Below, in pieces: positions 45,800-54,792 of a stretch of 64,000 nt of DNA. The number at the start of each line of letters is the position of its first letter. The stretch's first letter is position 1. Under the pieces are notes generated by a model. The model saw only the letters and a list, made by a program, of their open reading frames with translations, ran no database searches and had not been told where the DNA came from. Source of the DNA: Candidatus Latescibacterota bacterium (GTDB taxonomy: Bacteria; Latescibacterota; UBA2968; UBA8231); assembly GCA_965221775.1 (NCBI GenBank), contig CBDCSU010000005.1, forward strand, positions 1,408,001 to 1,472,000. The letters run 5' to 3'. The position numbers and the translations under genes are program-made.

Positions 45800-46765
45800 C
45801 TACCTCTTGAAGTCCTCGATGATCCGGCGCAGGGCCTCGTCGAGATCGACCTTGGGGTCGTAACCGATGAGGTCGCGGATCTTGCGCAGGTCGGGGGCGC
45901 GGTACTCGAGGTCCTCGTAGAGGCCGCTGCGGCGCGTCTGGTCGTAGGGGATGAAGGCGATCTCGGAGTTGGAGCCGGTGAGCTCCTTGATCTTGTCCGC
46001 CAGGTCGCGGATGCTGCTCTCGTAGTTGGACCCGAGGTTGAGGACCTCCCCCACCACGCGGTCGCTGGCGGCCATGGCCACGAGGCCGTCGACGGCGTCG
46101 TCGATGTAGGTGAAGCAGCGGCGCTGCTCGCCGTTGTCGTAGACGGTGATCGGGTCCCCCAGCATGGCCTGCTTGATGAAGCGCGGCACCACCATGCCGT
46201 AGCGCCCGGTCTGGCGTGGGCCGATGACGTTGAAGGGCCGCACGATCACCGTGGGCAGGCGCTTCTCGCGCCAGTAGGCCAGGGCCAGCAGCTCGTCCAC
46301 GGCCTTGGTGGTGGAGTAGCTCCAGCGCAGCACCGTCGTCGGCCCGAGGATGCGGTCGCTGTCCTCCTTGAAGGGCACGTGGCCGTTCTTCTTGCCGTAG
46401 ATCTCGGAGGTCGAGGCCAGGACGACACGCTTCTTGCGCTCGTTGGCCAGCTCCAGAAGGATCTCGGTGCCGCGGATGTTGGTGCTCAGCGTCTGCAGCG
46501 GGTTCTCCAGCACGTACTCCACCCCCACCGCCGCCGCCAGGTGGTAGATCAGCTCGCAGTCCTCCACGAGGGCGCGCATCACGCCGGCGTTGAGGATGTC
46601 GTCGATGCGGCAGGTGCAGCGCGGGTGCTCCTGCAGGTGCTGGATGTTCTCGATGAGGCTGGTGGAGAGGTTGTCGATGATCGACACCTCGTCCCCCATG
46701 GCCAGGTGGCGCTCGGCCAGGTGGGAGCCGATGAAGCCCGCCCCGCCGGTGATCAGGACCTTCAT
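45800..46765 (-). CDS. NAD-dependent nucleotide-sugar epimerase/dehydratase
   Basis: ITGGAGFIGSH, HLAAAVGV, ASTSEIYG, YSTTK, GPRQ. Confidence 0.93.
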   Translation of the reverse strand: MKVLITGGAGFIGSHLAERHLAMGDEVSIIDNLSTSLIENIQHLQEHPRCTCRIDDILNAGVMRALVEDCELIYHLAAAVGVEYVLENPLQTLSTNIRGTEILLELANERKKRVVLASTSEIYGKKNGHVPFKEDSDRILGPTTVLRWSYSTTKAVDELLALAYWREKRLPTVIVRPFNVIGPRQTGRYGMVVPRFIKQAMLGDPITVYDNGEQRRCFTYIDDAVDGLVAMAASDRVVGEVLNLGSNYESSIRDLADKIKELTGSNSEIAFIPYDQTRRSGLYEDLEYRAPDLRKIRDLIGYDPKVDLDEALRRIIEDFKR

Positions 46766-47415
46766 GCCCGCCCTTCCACCAGGTAGTCCCGGCTCAGCGT
46801 CGTGACCCGCACGTGGCGCCAGCCCGCCGCCCGCAGCAGGTTCTCGACCTGGCGCCGGTCGTAGAAGAACACGGGGCACCCCCTCGCCTTGAGCCGCAGC
46901 CAGCGGGTGGGCGTGCGCAGGCGCCAGCGGATGGGGAAGCTGAAGACGCCGCGGCCCGTGGTCAGCTCGCGCATGCGCTCCAGGACCGGCGCGGGATCGG
47001 AGACGTAGTCGAAGAACCCGATGCCGAGGCAGATCTCGAAGTCGTGGGGCGCCTGCCACTGCAGGAACTCCCCCGCCTCGAACCGGCAGCGCCCCTCGAC
47101 CCGGGCCTCGGCCGCCGCCGCCCGCGCCATGTCGAGCATGGCCGCCGCCATGTCGAGGCCGGTGACGCGGGCCCCCCGGCGGGCGAACTCCACCGAGTAG
47201 CGGCCGGAGCCGCAGCCCACGTCGAGGACCCGCTGGCCGGTGACGTCGCCGCAGCGGGCGAAGGTGAGGGCGAAGCGCTGGTGGACGACGCCGCGGAACA
47301 GGCCGTCCAGGCAACGCCGGGCAATCCCCTTGTCGGTGTCGTAGATGGCGTCGAAGCGCGCCGCCTCGCCGTCGAAGTGGCGGCGGACGGCCTCGGCCGT
47401 GGCGGGTGAGCTCAC
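46762..47415 (-). CDS. Class I SAM-dependent methyltransferase
   Basis: VLDVGCGSG, GFFDY; the GTG start is coupled to the upstream stop. Confidence 0.85.
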   Translation of the reverse strand: MSSPATAEAVRRHFDGEAARFDAIYDTDKGIARRCLDGLFRGVVHQRFALTFARCGDVTGQRVLDVGCGSGRYSVEFARRGARVTGLDMAAAMLDMARAAAAEARVEGRCRFEAGEFLQWQAPHDFEICLGIGFFDYVSDPAPVLERMRELTTGRGVFSFPIRWRLRTPTRWLRLKARGCPVFFYDRRQVENLLRAAGWRHVRVTTLSRDYLVEGRA

Positions 47416-48281
47416 CCCGTCTCCGGTGACCCCGCCAGCGTCCACCCCCGGGCGGCGAGGACCTCGGCCGCCGTGGTGAAGGGGAAGTCGGACAGGAGTC
47501 GGCGCAACCGTTTTTCCGTGCGGCCCAGGTTGAGGTAGTGGGTCCAGGCGATGCGGCGCGGCAAGGGGATCCGGGGGTGGTCCGGATCGAGTTCCCAGGG
47601 GTGCAGGTAGAACACCGCCGGGTGGCCTTCGGCGGCGATCCGCCCGAGGCCGAAGTGGGTCACAATATAGGGGTAGAGCCGGAAGTAGGCACCACCGGCC
47701 ACGGGCAGGTTGACCCCGCCCAGGCGCCAGGTGGAAGGCGGCAGCTCGATGACGCCGGACCCGGTCTCGTGGGCCCACCGCGGCGCCCCCGGGACGCCGT
47801 AGCGGTAGTTGCGCACCGGGAAGACGCTGGAGTCGTAGCGGAGGCCGCACTCCCGGAGCACCTCGAAGGCCCACTCCGACCCGCGCCGGATGGAGAAGTA
47901 GGGGGCGCGGAACCCCCGGACCGGGGCCGGGACCAGGCCCGCCAGGACCTCCAGCGAGCGCTCCAGGTCGGCGCGGAACGCCTCCGGGCCCATGCGGCTC
48001 ACGAAGCCGTGGCCGTACCCGTGGGTGGCGATCTCGTGGCCCCGGGCGGCGATCTCGCGCACCAGGCCGGGGGCGGCTTCGGCCGCCGCCCCGAGGACGA
48101 AGAAGGTGGCCCGCGCGCCGGCGGCGGCCAGCAGCTCGAGGAGGCGGTCCGTGCCCACGGCCAGGCGGCTCTCGAAGCCGCTCCAGTCGGCAGCGTCGAT
48201 CTCGAGGCCGTGGTACCAGTCCTCGAAGTCGACGGTGAAGGCGTGGACCGGGGACCCCGCCGCCCCGGGCGCGGCGGTCAC
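47412..48281 (-). CDS. Polysaccharide deacetylase (DUF3473/XrtA-system type)
   Basis: FTVDFEDWYH, ATFFVLG, HEIATHGYGH, GFRAPYFS, GGAYFRLYP, FYLHPWELDP. Confidence 0.92.
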   Translation of the reverse strand: MTAAPGAAGSPVHAFTVDFEDWYHGLEIDAADWSGFESRLAVGTDRLLELLAAAGARATFFVLGAAAEAAPGLVREIAARGHEIATHGYGHGFVSRMGPEAFRADLERSLEVLAGLVPAPVRGFRAPYFSIRRGSEWAFEVLRECGLRYDSSVFPVRNYRYGVPGAPRWAHETGSGVIELPPSTWRLGGVNLPVAGGAYFRLYPYIVTHFGLGRIAAEGHPAVFYLHPWELDPDHPRIPLPRRIAWTHYLNLGRTEKRLRRLLSDFPFTTAAEVLAARGWTLAGSPETG

Positions 48282-49363
48282 CGGGAGGCCCCGAGATCTT
48301 GCAGCATGCGCAGCAGCCGCGGCGCGTGCACGGAGAGAGCGTAGCGCTCCTGCACCCGCTGCCGGCCGCGCTCGCCGAAGGCGCGGCGCAGGGCCGGATC
48401 GCGGATCAGCCGCAGGAGGGCCGACTCCCAGGCGGCCTCGTCGGCGGCCAGGAGCCCGGTCTCGCCGTCGGCGACGATCTCGCCGTTGACGCCCACGGGA
48501 TGGGCGACCACCGGCAGCGCCGCGGCCATGTACTGGAGCAGCTTGTAGCCCCCCTTCCCCCGCGTCCACGGGTCGTCGGGCAGCGGCATGAGGCCGATCT
48601 CCCAGCCGCCCAGATCCTCCGCCTCGCGCTCCAGGCTCCAGGGGCGGCACTCGACCTCCACCCCCTCGAGGCTCCACTCCGCGCCGACGACGCAGACCCG
48701 CAGCGGCTCCCGGCGCGCCAGCCGCCGCAGGGGCGCGGCGATCAGCTCCAGGTAGCCGGCGGTGGAGGCGCTGCCGATCCAGCCGAGCACCACCGGGCCC
48801 GTCCCCCCGCCGCGGCGGATCCCGGCGAAGGGGGCCGTGTCGATGGGGCCGGTGATCGTCAGCACCGGGCCGTAGCGGCCGGCGAACTCCCCGGTGTAGG
48901 GGTTCTCCACCACGGCGAGTCGGGCGAGCCGCAGCATGGCGGGCAGACCGGCGGCGGCGCGCCGCTCCCGCCAGCGGGCCAGCAGGCCGGCGGAGCCTCC
49001 CTCGGTGGTGAAGATGGCGTCGTCGAAGTCGTAGGCCGCGGGCACGCCGGTGCGGCGCAGGAGCCAGCGCACCGGCGCCGGGAAGATCACCTTCTGCAGG
49101 AACAGGGCGTCGGCGCCCCGGGCGCGGCGCCAGGCCCGCAGGCCGCAGGCGGCGTTGCGCCAGGCGGCGCCCAGGTAGTAGAGGGCCTTGGCCAGGGGCC
49201 GGCGGGAAGCCGCCAGCTGCGCGCCGCCCAGGGCCTCGTCGGGCAGCACCGTGAGGACCTCGCAGTCGACGCCGTGGGCCCGCAGGAAGGGCAGGTACTG
49301 GAAGACGCGGGTGCGGCTGCTGGCCGCGCCCGGGCCGTACTTGGTGACGAACAGGACGCGCAC
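48278..49363 (-). CDS. Glycosyltransferase family 4
   Basis: ASSRTRVFQY, YDFDDAIF, GWIGS, GKGGYKLLQYMAA.PVV. Confidence 0.9.
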   Translation of the reverse strand: MRVLFVTKYGPGAASSRTRVFQYLPFLRAHGVDCEVLTVLPDEALGGAQLAASRRPLAKALYYLGAAWRNAACGLRAWRRARGADALFLQKVIFPAPVRWLLRRTGVPAAYDFDDAIFTTEGGSAGLLARWRERRAAAGLPAMLRLARLAVVENPYTGEFAGRYGPVLTITGPIDTAPFAGIRRGGGTGPVVLGWIGSASTAGYLELIAAPLRRLARREPLRVCVVGAEWSLEGVEVECRPWSLEREAEDLGGWEIGLMPLPDDPWTRGKGGYKLLQYMAAALPVVAHPVGVNGEIVADGETGLLAADEAAWESALLRLIRDPALRRAFGERGRQRVQERYALSVHAPRLLRMLQDLGASR

Positions 49364-49486
49364 GGCGGCGCTGAGCGGGCGCTTACGGCCCGCGCGCGCA
49401 GGTTCGCGTACGAAGGACGGCGGCGAGGCGCAGGGCTCGCAAGGCGCGCGCCGCAACCCTGCGCGGGACGGCGCCCCCGGCCTCCA

Positions 49487-50638
49487 TCAGCCCGCCGCCG
49501 CCGGTTGCCGGCGCTCGCCCTCGGCGAAGGCGCGCACCGCGCCGATGACGCGGTCCTGCTGCCCGTCGGTGAGGCCCGGGTAGAGGGGGATGGAGAGGAT
49601 GCGCTGCCACACCCGCTCGGTCACCGGCAGGCGGGTCGTGTAGGGGCGGAAGAGCCGGTAGAGGTGGTTGGGGTAGAAGTGGACGTTGGAGTCGATGCCG
49701 CAGGCGTCGAGGTGGGCGAAGAGACCGTCGCGGTCGTCGACCTGGATGACGGCGTTGTAGCAGGAGCTGACGGCGTACTCCCGGGCGGCGAGACAGTCGA
49801 CGCCGTCGAGGCCGGCGAAGGCCTCGCGGTAGCGCGCCATCAGCTGACGGCGCCGCTGGTTGTTGGCCTCCAGGCTCTCCATCTGCGCCAGGCCGAGGGC
49901 GGCGGCCAGGTCGTTCATCTCGTACTTCCAGCCCACCTCCTCGACCTCGTACATCCACGAACGCCTCGGCTGTCCCGGCCGGAAGCGCTCCCACGTGGGC
50001 CGCGTGATGCCGCACCAGCGCAGCTTGCGCACCCGCCCGGCGAGGGCCTCGTCGCCGGTGACCAGCATGCCGCCGTCGCCGGTGGTCATGTTCTTGGTCG
50101 CCTGGAAGCTGAAGCAGCCCACGTCGCCGAGGGAGCCGAGGCGGCGGCCCCGGTAGAGCCCCCCGCAGCCGTGGGCGGCGTCCTCGACCACGGTCAGCCC
50201 GTGGGCGGCGGCCAGCTCCAGGATCGGGTCCATGTGGCAGGACTGGCCGCCGTAGTGGGTGACGACGATGGCCCGGGTCGTGGGGGTGATCTTCCGGGCC
50301 ACGTCGTCGACGCTGAGGTTGAGGGTGTCGGCCTCGATGTCGCAGAACACGGGGCGCCCGCCGGCCAGCAGGATCGCCTGGGTCGAGGAGACCCAGGTCA
50401 GGGAGCTGGTGAGGACCTCCTGGCCCTCGACCTCGGCGCACAGCAGGCCCAGGTGCAGGGCCGCGGTGGCCGAGTTGAGGGCCACCGCGTGGTCGACGCC
50501 GATGTACTCGGCGAAGCGCTCCTCGAACTGGATGCTGCGCGGCCCCCGGCCGACCCACCGGCTGTCGAGGGTCTCGCACAGGGCGGCCTTCTCGGCGTCG
50601 CCGATGGTGGGGCGGAAGAGCTGGATGCGCTCGCTCAA
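49487..50638 (-). CDS. DegT/DnrJ/EryC1/StrS sugar aminotransferase
   Basis: NSATAALH, VEDAAH, SFQATKNMTTGDGG, LSIPLYP; TTG start. Confidence 0.93.
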   Translation of the reverse strand: MSERIQLFRPTIGDAEKAALCETLDSRWVGRGPRSIQFEERFAEYIGVDHAVALNSATAALHLGLLCAEVEGQEVLTSSLTWVSSTQAILLAGGRPVFCDIEADTLNLSVDDVARKITPTTRAIVVTHYGGQSCHMDPILELAAAHGLTVVEDAAHGCGGLYRGRRLGSLGDVGCFSFQATKNMTTGDGGMLVTGDEALAGRVRKLRWCGITRPTWERFRPGQPRRSWMYEVEEVGWKYEMNDLAAALGLAQMESLEANNQRRRQLMARYREAFAGLDGVDCLAAREYAVSSCYNAVIQVDDRDGLFAHLDACGIDSNVHFYPNHLYRLFRPYTTRLPVTERVWQRILSIPLYPGLTDGQQDRVIGAVRAFAEGERRQPAAAG

Positions 50639-51594
50639 GAGGCCTCTCCGGGCCGCGGGTCCCGCGGCGCCCAGAAGCCGCGGTCGGCGAGGGTGCGCCA
50701 CAGGATGCGGCGGTAGGCGCCGAGGCGGTCGCGGGCCTCGCCCCGGGTGCGGGGGCGGACCAGCCAGAGCAGGGACCAGAGGCCGGCGCGCAGGATCATC
50801 TCGACGCCGGTGAGCAGCCGCAGGAGGTGCAGGCGGCGGCGGCCGAAGTGCTTCTGGAACAGGTAGTACTGGCTCTGCTGGCTCACGACGAGCATCTCCC
50901 CCAGGCGCTGGCGGATGCTGCGGCCCTCGTGGTGGACGACCCGGCTCCGCGGGAAGTAGACGACACGCCAGCCGGCGCTGCGCAGGCGCATGCACCACTC
51001 CACGTCCTCGTGGCACATGAACATGCCGTCGTCGAGGAGCCCGGCGGCCTCGGCCGCCTCCCGCCGGACCATCAGGCAGGCGCCCGTGACCCAGCCCACA
51101 TCGGCCGCCCCGCTGCGAAGACGGGCCAATCTACGGTAGGGGAACAGTCTGTGCAACAACAGCTTATGGGAAATCAGGGGGAGCGTCCCCGGGTTCCCTC
51201 CCCAGGATCGCTCCAGGTTTCCGCGGTCGTCCTCCAGGCGCGGGCCGACGGCGCCCACGGCGGGGTTGCGGTCGGCGAAATCCACCATCGCGCCCAGGGC
51301 CCCGGGGTCGACGCGGGTGTCCGGGTTGAGGATCAGCCGGTAACGGCCGCGGGCCCGGGCGAGGGCGAGGTTGTGGCCGCCGCTGAACCCGAGGTTCTCC
51401 CGGCTGCGGATGACCTCCACCCCCGGGAAGCACTCCTCCACCATGTCGGCGCTGCCGTCCCCCGAGGCGTTGTCGACGACGAACAGCTCCCACCCCGCGC
51501 TGCGCGGGTCCTCGCGGATCGCGCCCAGGCAGTCGCGCAGCAGCTCGCGGGTGTTCCAGCTGACGATGGAGATCGACAGCTCCGGGGCGCTCAC
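50635..51594 (-). CDS. Glycosyltransferase family 2
   Basis: SIVSWNT, VDNASGDGS, NLGFSGGHN, LNPDT, GACLMVRR, EDVEWC. Confidence 0.92.
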   Translation of the reverse strand: MSAPELSISIVSWNTRELLRDCLGAIREDPRSAGWELFVVDNASGDGSADMVEECFPGVEVIRSRENLGFSGGHNLALARARGRYRLILNPDTRVDPGALGAMVDFADRNPAVGAVGPRLEDDRGNLERSWGGNPGTLPLISHKLLLHRLFPYRRLARLRSGAADVGWVTGACLMVRREAAEAAGLLDDGMFMCHEDVEWCMRLRSAGWRVVYFPRSRVVHHEGRSIRQRLGEMLVVSQQSQYYLFQKHFGRRRLHLLRLLTGVEMILRAGLWSLLWLVRPRTRGEARDRLGAYRRILWRTLADRGFWAPRDPRPGEAS

Positions 51595-52865
51595 CTCAGG
51601 CCCCCCGCCTCCAGCAGGGAGATCACCGCCGCCCGCGCCGCCTCCTCCTGCCACCAGACCACGCCCTGCAGCCCCGCCCAGACGGCGCAGGCCCCCGCGA
51701 AGAGGCGGCCCCCGCGGCGCCAGCCTTCGTGGGCGGCGGCAGCACCGAAGATCAGCAGCAGCGGCTCCAGGGGCAGGCGGAAGCGCGTCGAGCCGTAGAG
51801 CACGAAACAGAAGACCGCCGTCGAGAGGACGAAGACCGCCGCCGGATAGCGGAACCCGGGGGACCGCGCCCAGCGCAAGAACCCGTATACCAGGAACGGC
51901 GCGGCCAGCACGAAGGCGGCGTTGTACCCGGGCCCGAAGAAGTACCCGAAGCGCAGGAGGCGCTCCCCCGCCAGACGCAGCCAGGCCAGGGGGTTGGCGG
52001 CGATCCAGCCGAGGCCCTGCCGCAGCCAGCGCCGGTCCCGCTCCACCTCGCCGGGCACGGCCTCGAAGAGGGCGCCGTCGATGCGCCAGCCGTCGGGCCG
52101 CCGCCAGTCCGGCTGGTCGGCGTTGCTGCGGGCGACGATGAAGCCGCCGTGGGTGGAGACCGGGACGAAGGCACCGTGGACCAGGGCGTTGCGGGCGGTC
52201 CACGGCGCCAGGGTCACCACGAGGCCGGCGCCCAGGGGCAGCGCCCACCGCCGCAGCCAGGCCGCCAGCGCCGCCCGGTCCTCCCAGGCGGCCACGGCCA
52301 GCACCGCCGGCGCCGCGAGCAGGCCCACCGGCCGCGTGAGTCCGGCGAGGGCGATCAGCACGCCGGTGGCGAAGGCCCAGCGGCGGCCGGGACGGTGGCG
52401 GCTCTCGACCGCGGCCCAGAGGGCGGCCACCAGCAGGCCGGTGAAGAGGCACTCGCTCATCACCTCGTTGGCGCTGGCCAGCAGCGGCGGGTAGAGGGCC
52501 GCCGCCGCGCCGGCCAGGGGCGCCGCCGACGGCCGCAGCCGCAGGGCCAGCAGGTAGACCAGCACCACCGTGACCGCCCCCAGGACCGCCTGCACCATCC
52601 GCACCGCCTGGTGATCGAAGCCGGCGGCTCCGTACACGGCGGCCAGCATCAGCGGGTAGCCCGGGGCGCGCCACGAGCGCACGGGGTGGCCGAACCAGTT
52701 CTCGTGGGAGACGAACCCCTCCCCGGCGAGCAGGTTGCGGGCGATCTCGTCGTAGTCGGGGGTATCCTGCGGCGGCGCCTCGGGGGCGGCGCTCACGTAC
52801 AGGATGCGCAGCACCGCGGCCCCGGTGAAGAGCCAGCCGGCGGGGCCCATCCGGGGGCGGCGCAT
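51591..52865 (-). CDS. Membrane glycosyltransferase, GT39/ArnT-like
   Basis: Multi-TM; DTPDY..IARNL, RAPGYP, SECLF, LTRP, PWTARN, TRFRLP. Confidence 0.8.
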   Translation of the reverse strand: MRRPRMGPAGWLFTGAAVLRILYVSAAPEAPPQDTPDYDEIARNLLAGEGFVSHENWFGHPVRSWRAPGYPLMLAAVYGAAGFDHQAVRMVQAVLGAVTVVLVYLLALRLRPSAAPLAGAAAALYPPLLASANEVMSECLFTGLLVAALWAAVESRHRPGRRWAFATGVLIALAGLTRPVGLLAAPAVLAVAAWEDRAALAAWLRRWALPLGAGLVVTLAPWTARNALVHGAFVPVSTHGGFIVARSNADQPDWRRPDGWRIDGALFEAVPGEVERDRRWLRQGLGWIAANPLAWLRLAGERLLRFGYFFGPGYNAAFVLAAPFLVYGFLRWARSPGFRYPAAVFVLSTAVFCFVLYGSTRFRLPLEPLLLIFGAAAAHEGWRRGGRLFAGACAVWAGLQGVVWWQEEAARAAVISLLEAGGLR

Positions 52866-54199
52866 CAGGCGCCGAGGACCTCGTCGAAGCAATCGGCCAG
52901 CCGGCGGGTCAGCTCGCGCCGGTGGAAGCGCTCCAGGCCGGCCTGCGCTCTCGGCAAAGACCCCTCCCGCCATCCCGCCCACAGCTGCCGCAGGCTCGCC
53001 TCGATGGCGTCGGTGTCGCCCGGCGCCGCGCACAACCCGGCGCCCAGCTCCTCCACCGTGCGCCGGGTCTCGCCCTCGCCGCAGAGGGCGAGGATCGGGT
53101 GGCCGGCGGCGAGGTACTCGAAGAGCTTGCCCGGCGCGTTGGAGGCGGGCCACGGCCGCGGGTGGTCGACGAGGAGCAGCACGTCGGCGCGGCGCTGAAA
53201 GGCCAGGGCGGTGGCGCGGTCCACGGCGCCGGTGAGCCGCACCACCCCCAGCTCGACCAGGGCCGACACCCGCTCCTGCTCGGCGGGTGACAGCTCCCCC
53301 ACCAGGATCACCTCCAGGCGGTCGCACCACGCCGGCTCGGTGTCGATCAGCCGGCGCAGGACCCGCTCCAGGGGCTCGATGGAGCGGCCGGGGTGGCTGT
53401 AGGCGAAGCTGCCCGTGTGCACCAGGCTCAGGCGCCCGGACACCGGCGCGCCTTTCAGATCGGCTTCCCCTGCGGCAGGCTCGTCGTCGGCGGGGTCGAA
53501 GCCGTTGGTGATGACCCGCACCCTGGCGGCCTCGGCCGGATAGCGGCGGACGAAGTCGTCGGCGGCGGTCCGCGTCGCCGCGATCACGGCGTCGGCCTCG
53601 GCGATCACGCGCTCCTCGAGGCGGCGCTCCAACTCGCGGCGGAAAGGCATCTCCAGCAGGGCCGGGTCGAGCGGGTCGTAGAGCCAGGCGTCGCGGAAGT
53701 CGGCGATCCACGGCAGCCCCGTCTGCGCCTTGAGCAGCCCGCCGAGCAGGTGCGCCGAGGCCGGCGGACTGGTGGTGTAGATCAGCTCCGCCCCGTGCCG
53801 CCGCACCCAGCGCAGGGCCGCGAGGGCGGCCCCGGGGACCCAGGTGATCTGGCCGTCGGGGACCAGCAGCCAGCGCCGCGCCCCGGCGGAGAGGCCGGCC
53901 ACCGGGCCCCGGGTGCGCGTGCGGGTGGCGGCGGCGCCCCTGGCCCGGGCGGCGGGGTTGAACAGGCGGCGGTAGAGGCCCAGCGGCTCCCAGGCGCGGA
54001 TCACTCCGTCCCCGGGCTTGCCGAAGGCGCCCGTGCCCACCACCCGCGGCTGGTAGCCGAACTCCGGCAGATAGTGGGTGAACCGGGCGGAGCGCTCCAC
54101 GCCCGGCGAACGCATCGGCGGGTAGTGGTAGGCGACGAAGAGAACGGTCCGGAGGGGCGGGGCCCCGTCGGCCGGGGGGGCCTGCGGCGGTGGCGTCAT
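52865..54199 (-). CDS. Glycosyltransferase family 4
   Basis: AYHYPP, TTSPPASAH, ADFRDAW, ITNGFD, PGKLFEYLAAGHPIL. Confidence 0.9.
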   Translation of the reverse strand: MTPPPQAPPADGAPPLRTVLFVAYHYPPMRSPGVERSARFTHYLPEFGYQPRVVGTGAFGKPGDGVIRAWEPLGLYRRLFNPAARARGAAATRTRTRGPVAGLSAGARRWLLVPDGQITWVPGAALAALRWVRRHGAELIYTTSPPASAHLLGGLLKAQTGLPWIADFRDAWLYDPLDPALLEMPFRRELERRLEERVIAEADAVIAATRTAADDFVRRYPAEAARVRVITNGFDPADDEPAAGEADLKGAPVSGRLSLVHTGSFAYSHPGRSIEPLERVLRRLIDTEPAWCDRLEVILVGELSPAEQERVSALVELGVVRLTGAVDRATALAFQRRADVLLLVDHPRPWPASNAPGKLFEYLAAGHPILALCGEGETRRTVEELGAGLCAAPGDTDAIEASLRQLWAGWREGSLPRAQAGLERFHRRELTRRLADCFDEVLGA

Positions 54200-54306
54200 C
54201 AGTCGAGAGGAGGCCGAAACTAAGGTGTCCCCGGGGGCTGACTCAAACCGTTCGACGGCCATCGCGCCGGTAGCCGTTCAACGAGACTCGGCCTATATTG
54301 GAAGCC

Positions 54307-54780
54307 ATGAGCCTGCTCGATATCCTCTCCGTGGAATCGGCCATCGTCGGCCTCGAGGGAGAGACCAAGGACGACATCATCGAGGAGCTCGTCGACTCGC
54401 TCGAGGTCGGCGCCTCGATCACCGACCGGGACAAGGTCCTGCACGCCGTGCTCGAGCGCGAGAAGATCATGAGCACCGGCATCGGCGACGGCATCGCCAT
54501 CCCCCACGGCAAGTCCGACGCCGTCCTCGAGCTCGCCGCCGCCCTCGGCATCCACAAGCGCGGCGTCGACTTCGAGGCCCTCGACGGCGAGCCGACCTTC
54601 GTCTTCTTCCTCCTCGTCTCGCCGGCCAGCATCTCGGGCCCCCACATCAAGGCCCTGGCGCGCATCTCCCGCATGTTGAAGAACGACAGCTTCAAGAAGA
54701 AGCTGATCGAGGCCGAGTCCTCCGAGTCGATCCTCGAGGTCATCGGAGAAGAAGAGAAGAACCACCCGCCCGCCGGGTAG
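54307..54780 (+). CDS. PTS IIA component (PtsN/fructose-type)
   Basis: REKIMSTGIGDGIAIPHGK, DFEALDG, HIKALARISR. Confidence 0.92.
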   Translation: MSLLDILSVESAIVGLEGETKDDIIEELVDSLEVGASITDRDKVLHAVLEREKIMSTGIGDGIAIPHGKSDAVLELAAALGIHKRGVDFEALDGEPTFVFFLLVSPASISGPHIKALARISRMLKNDSFKKKLIEAESSESILEVIGEEEKNHPPAG

Positions 54781-54792
54781 CGGCGGCGGCGC

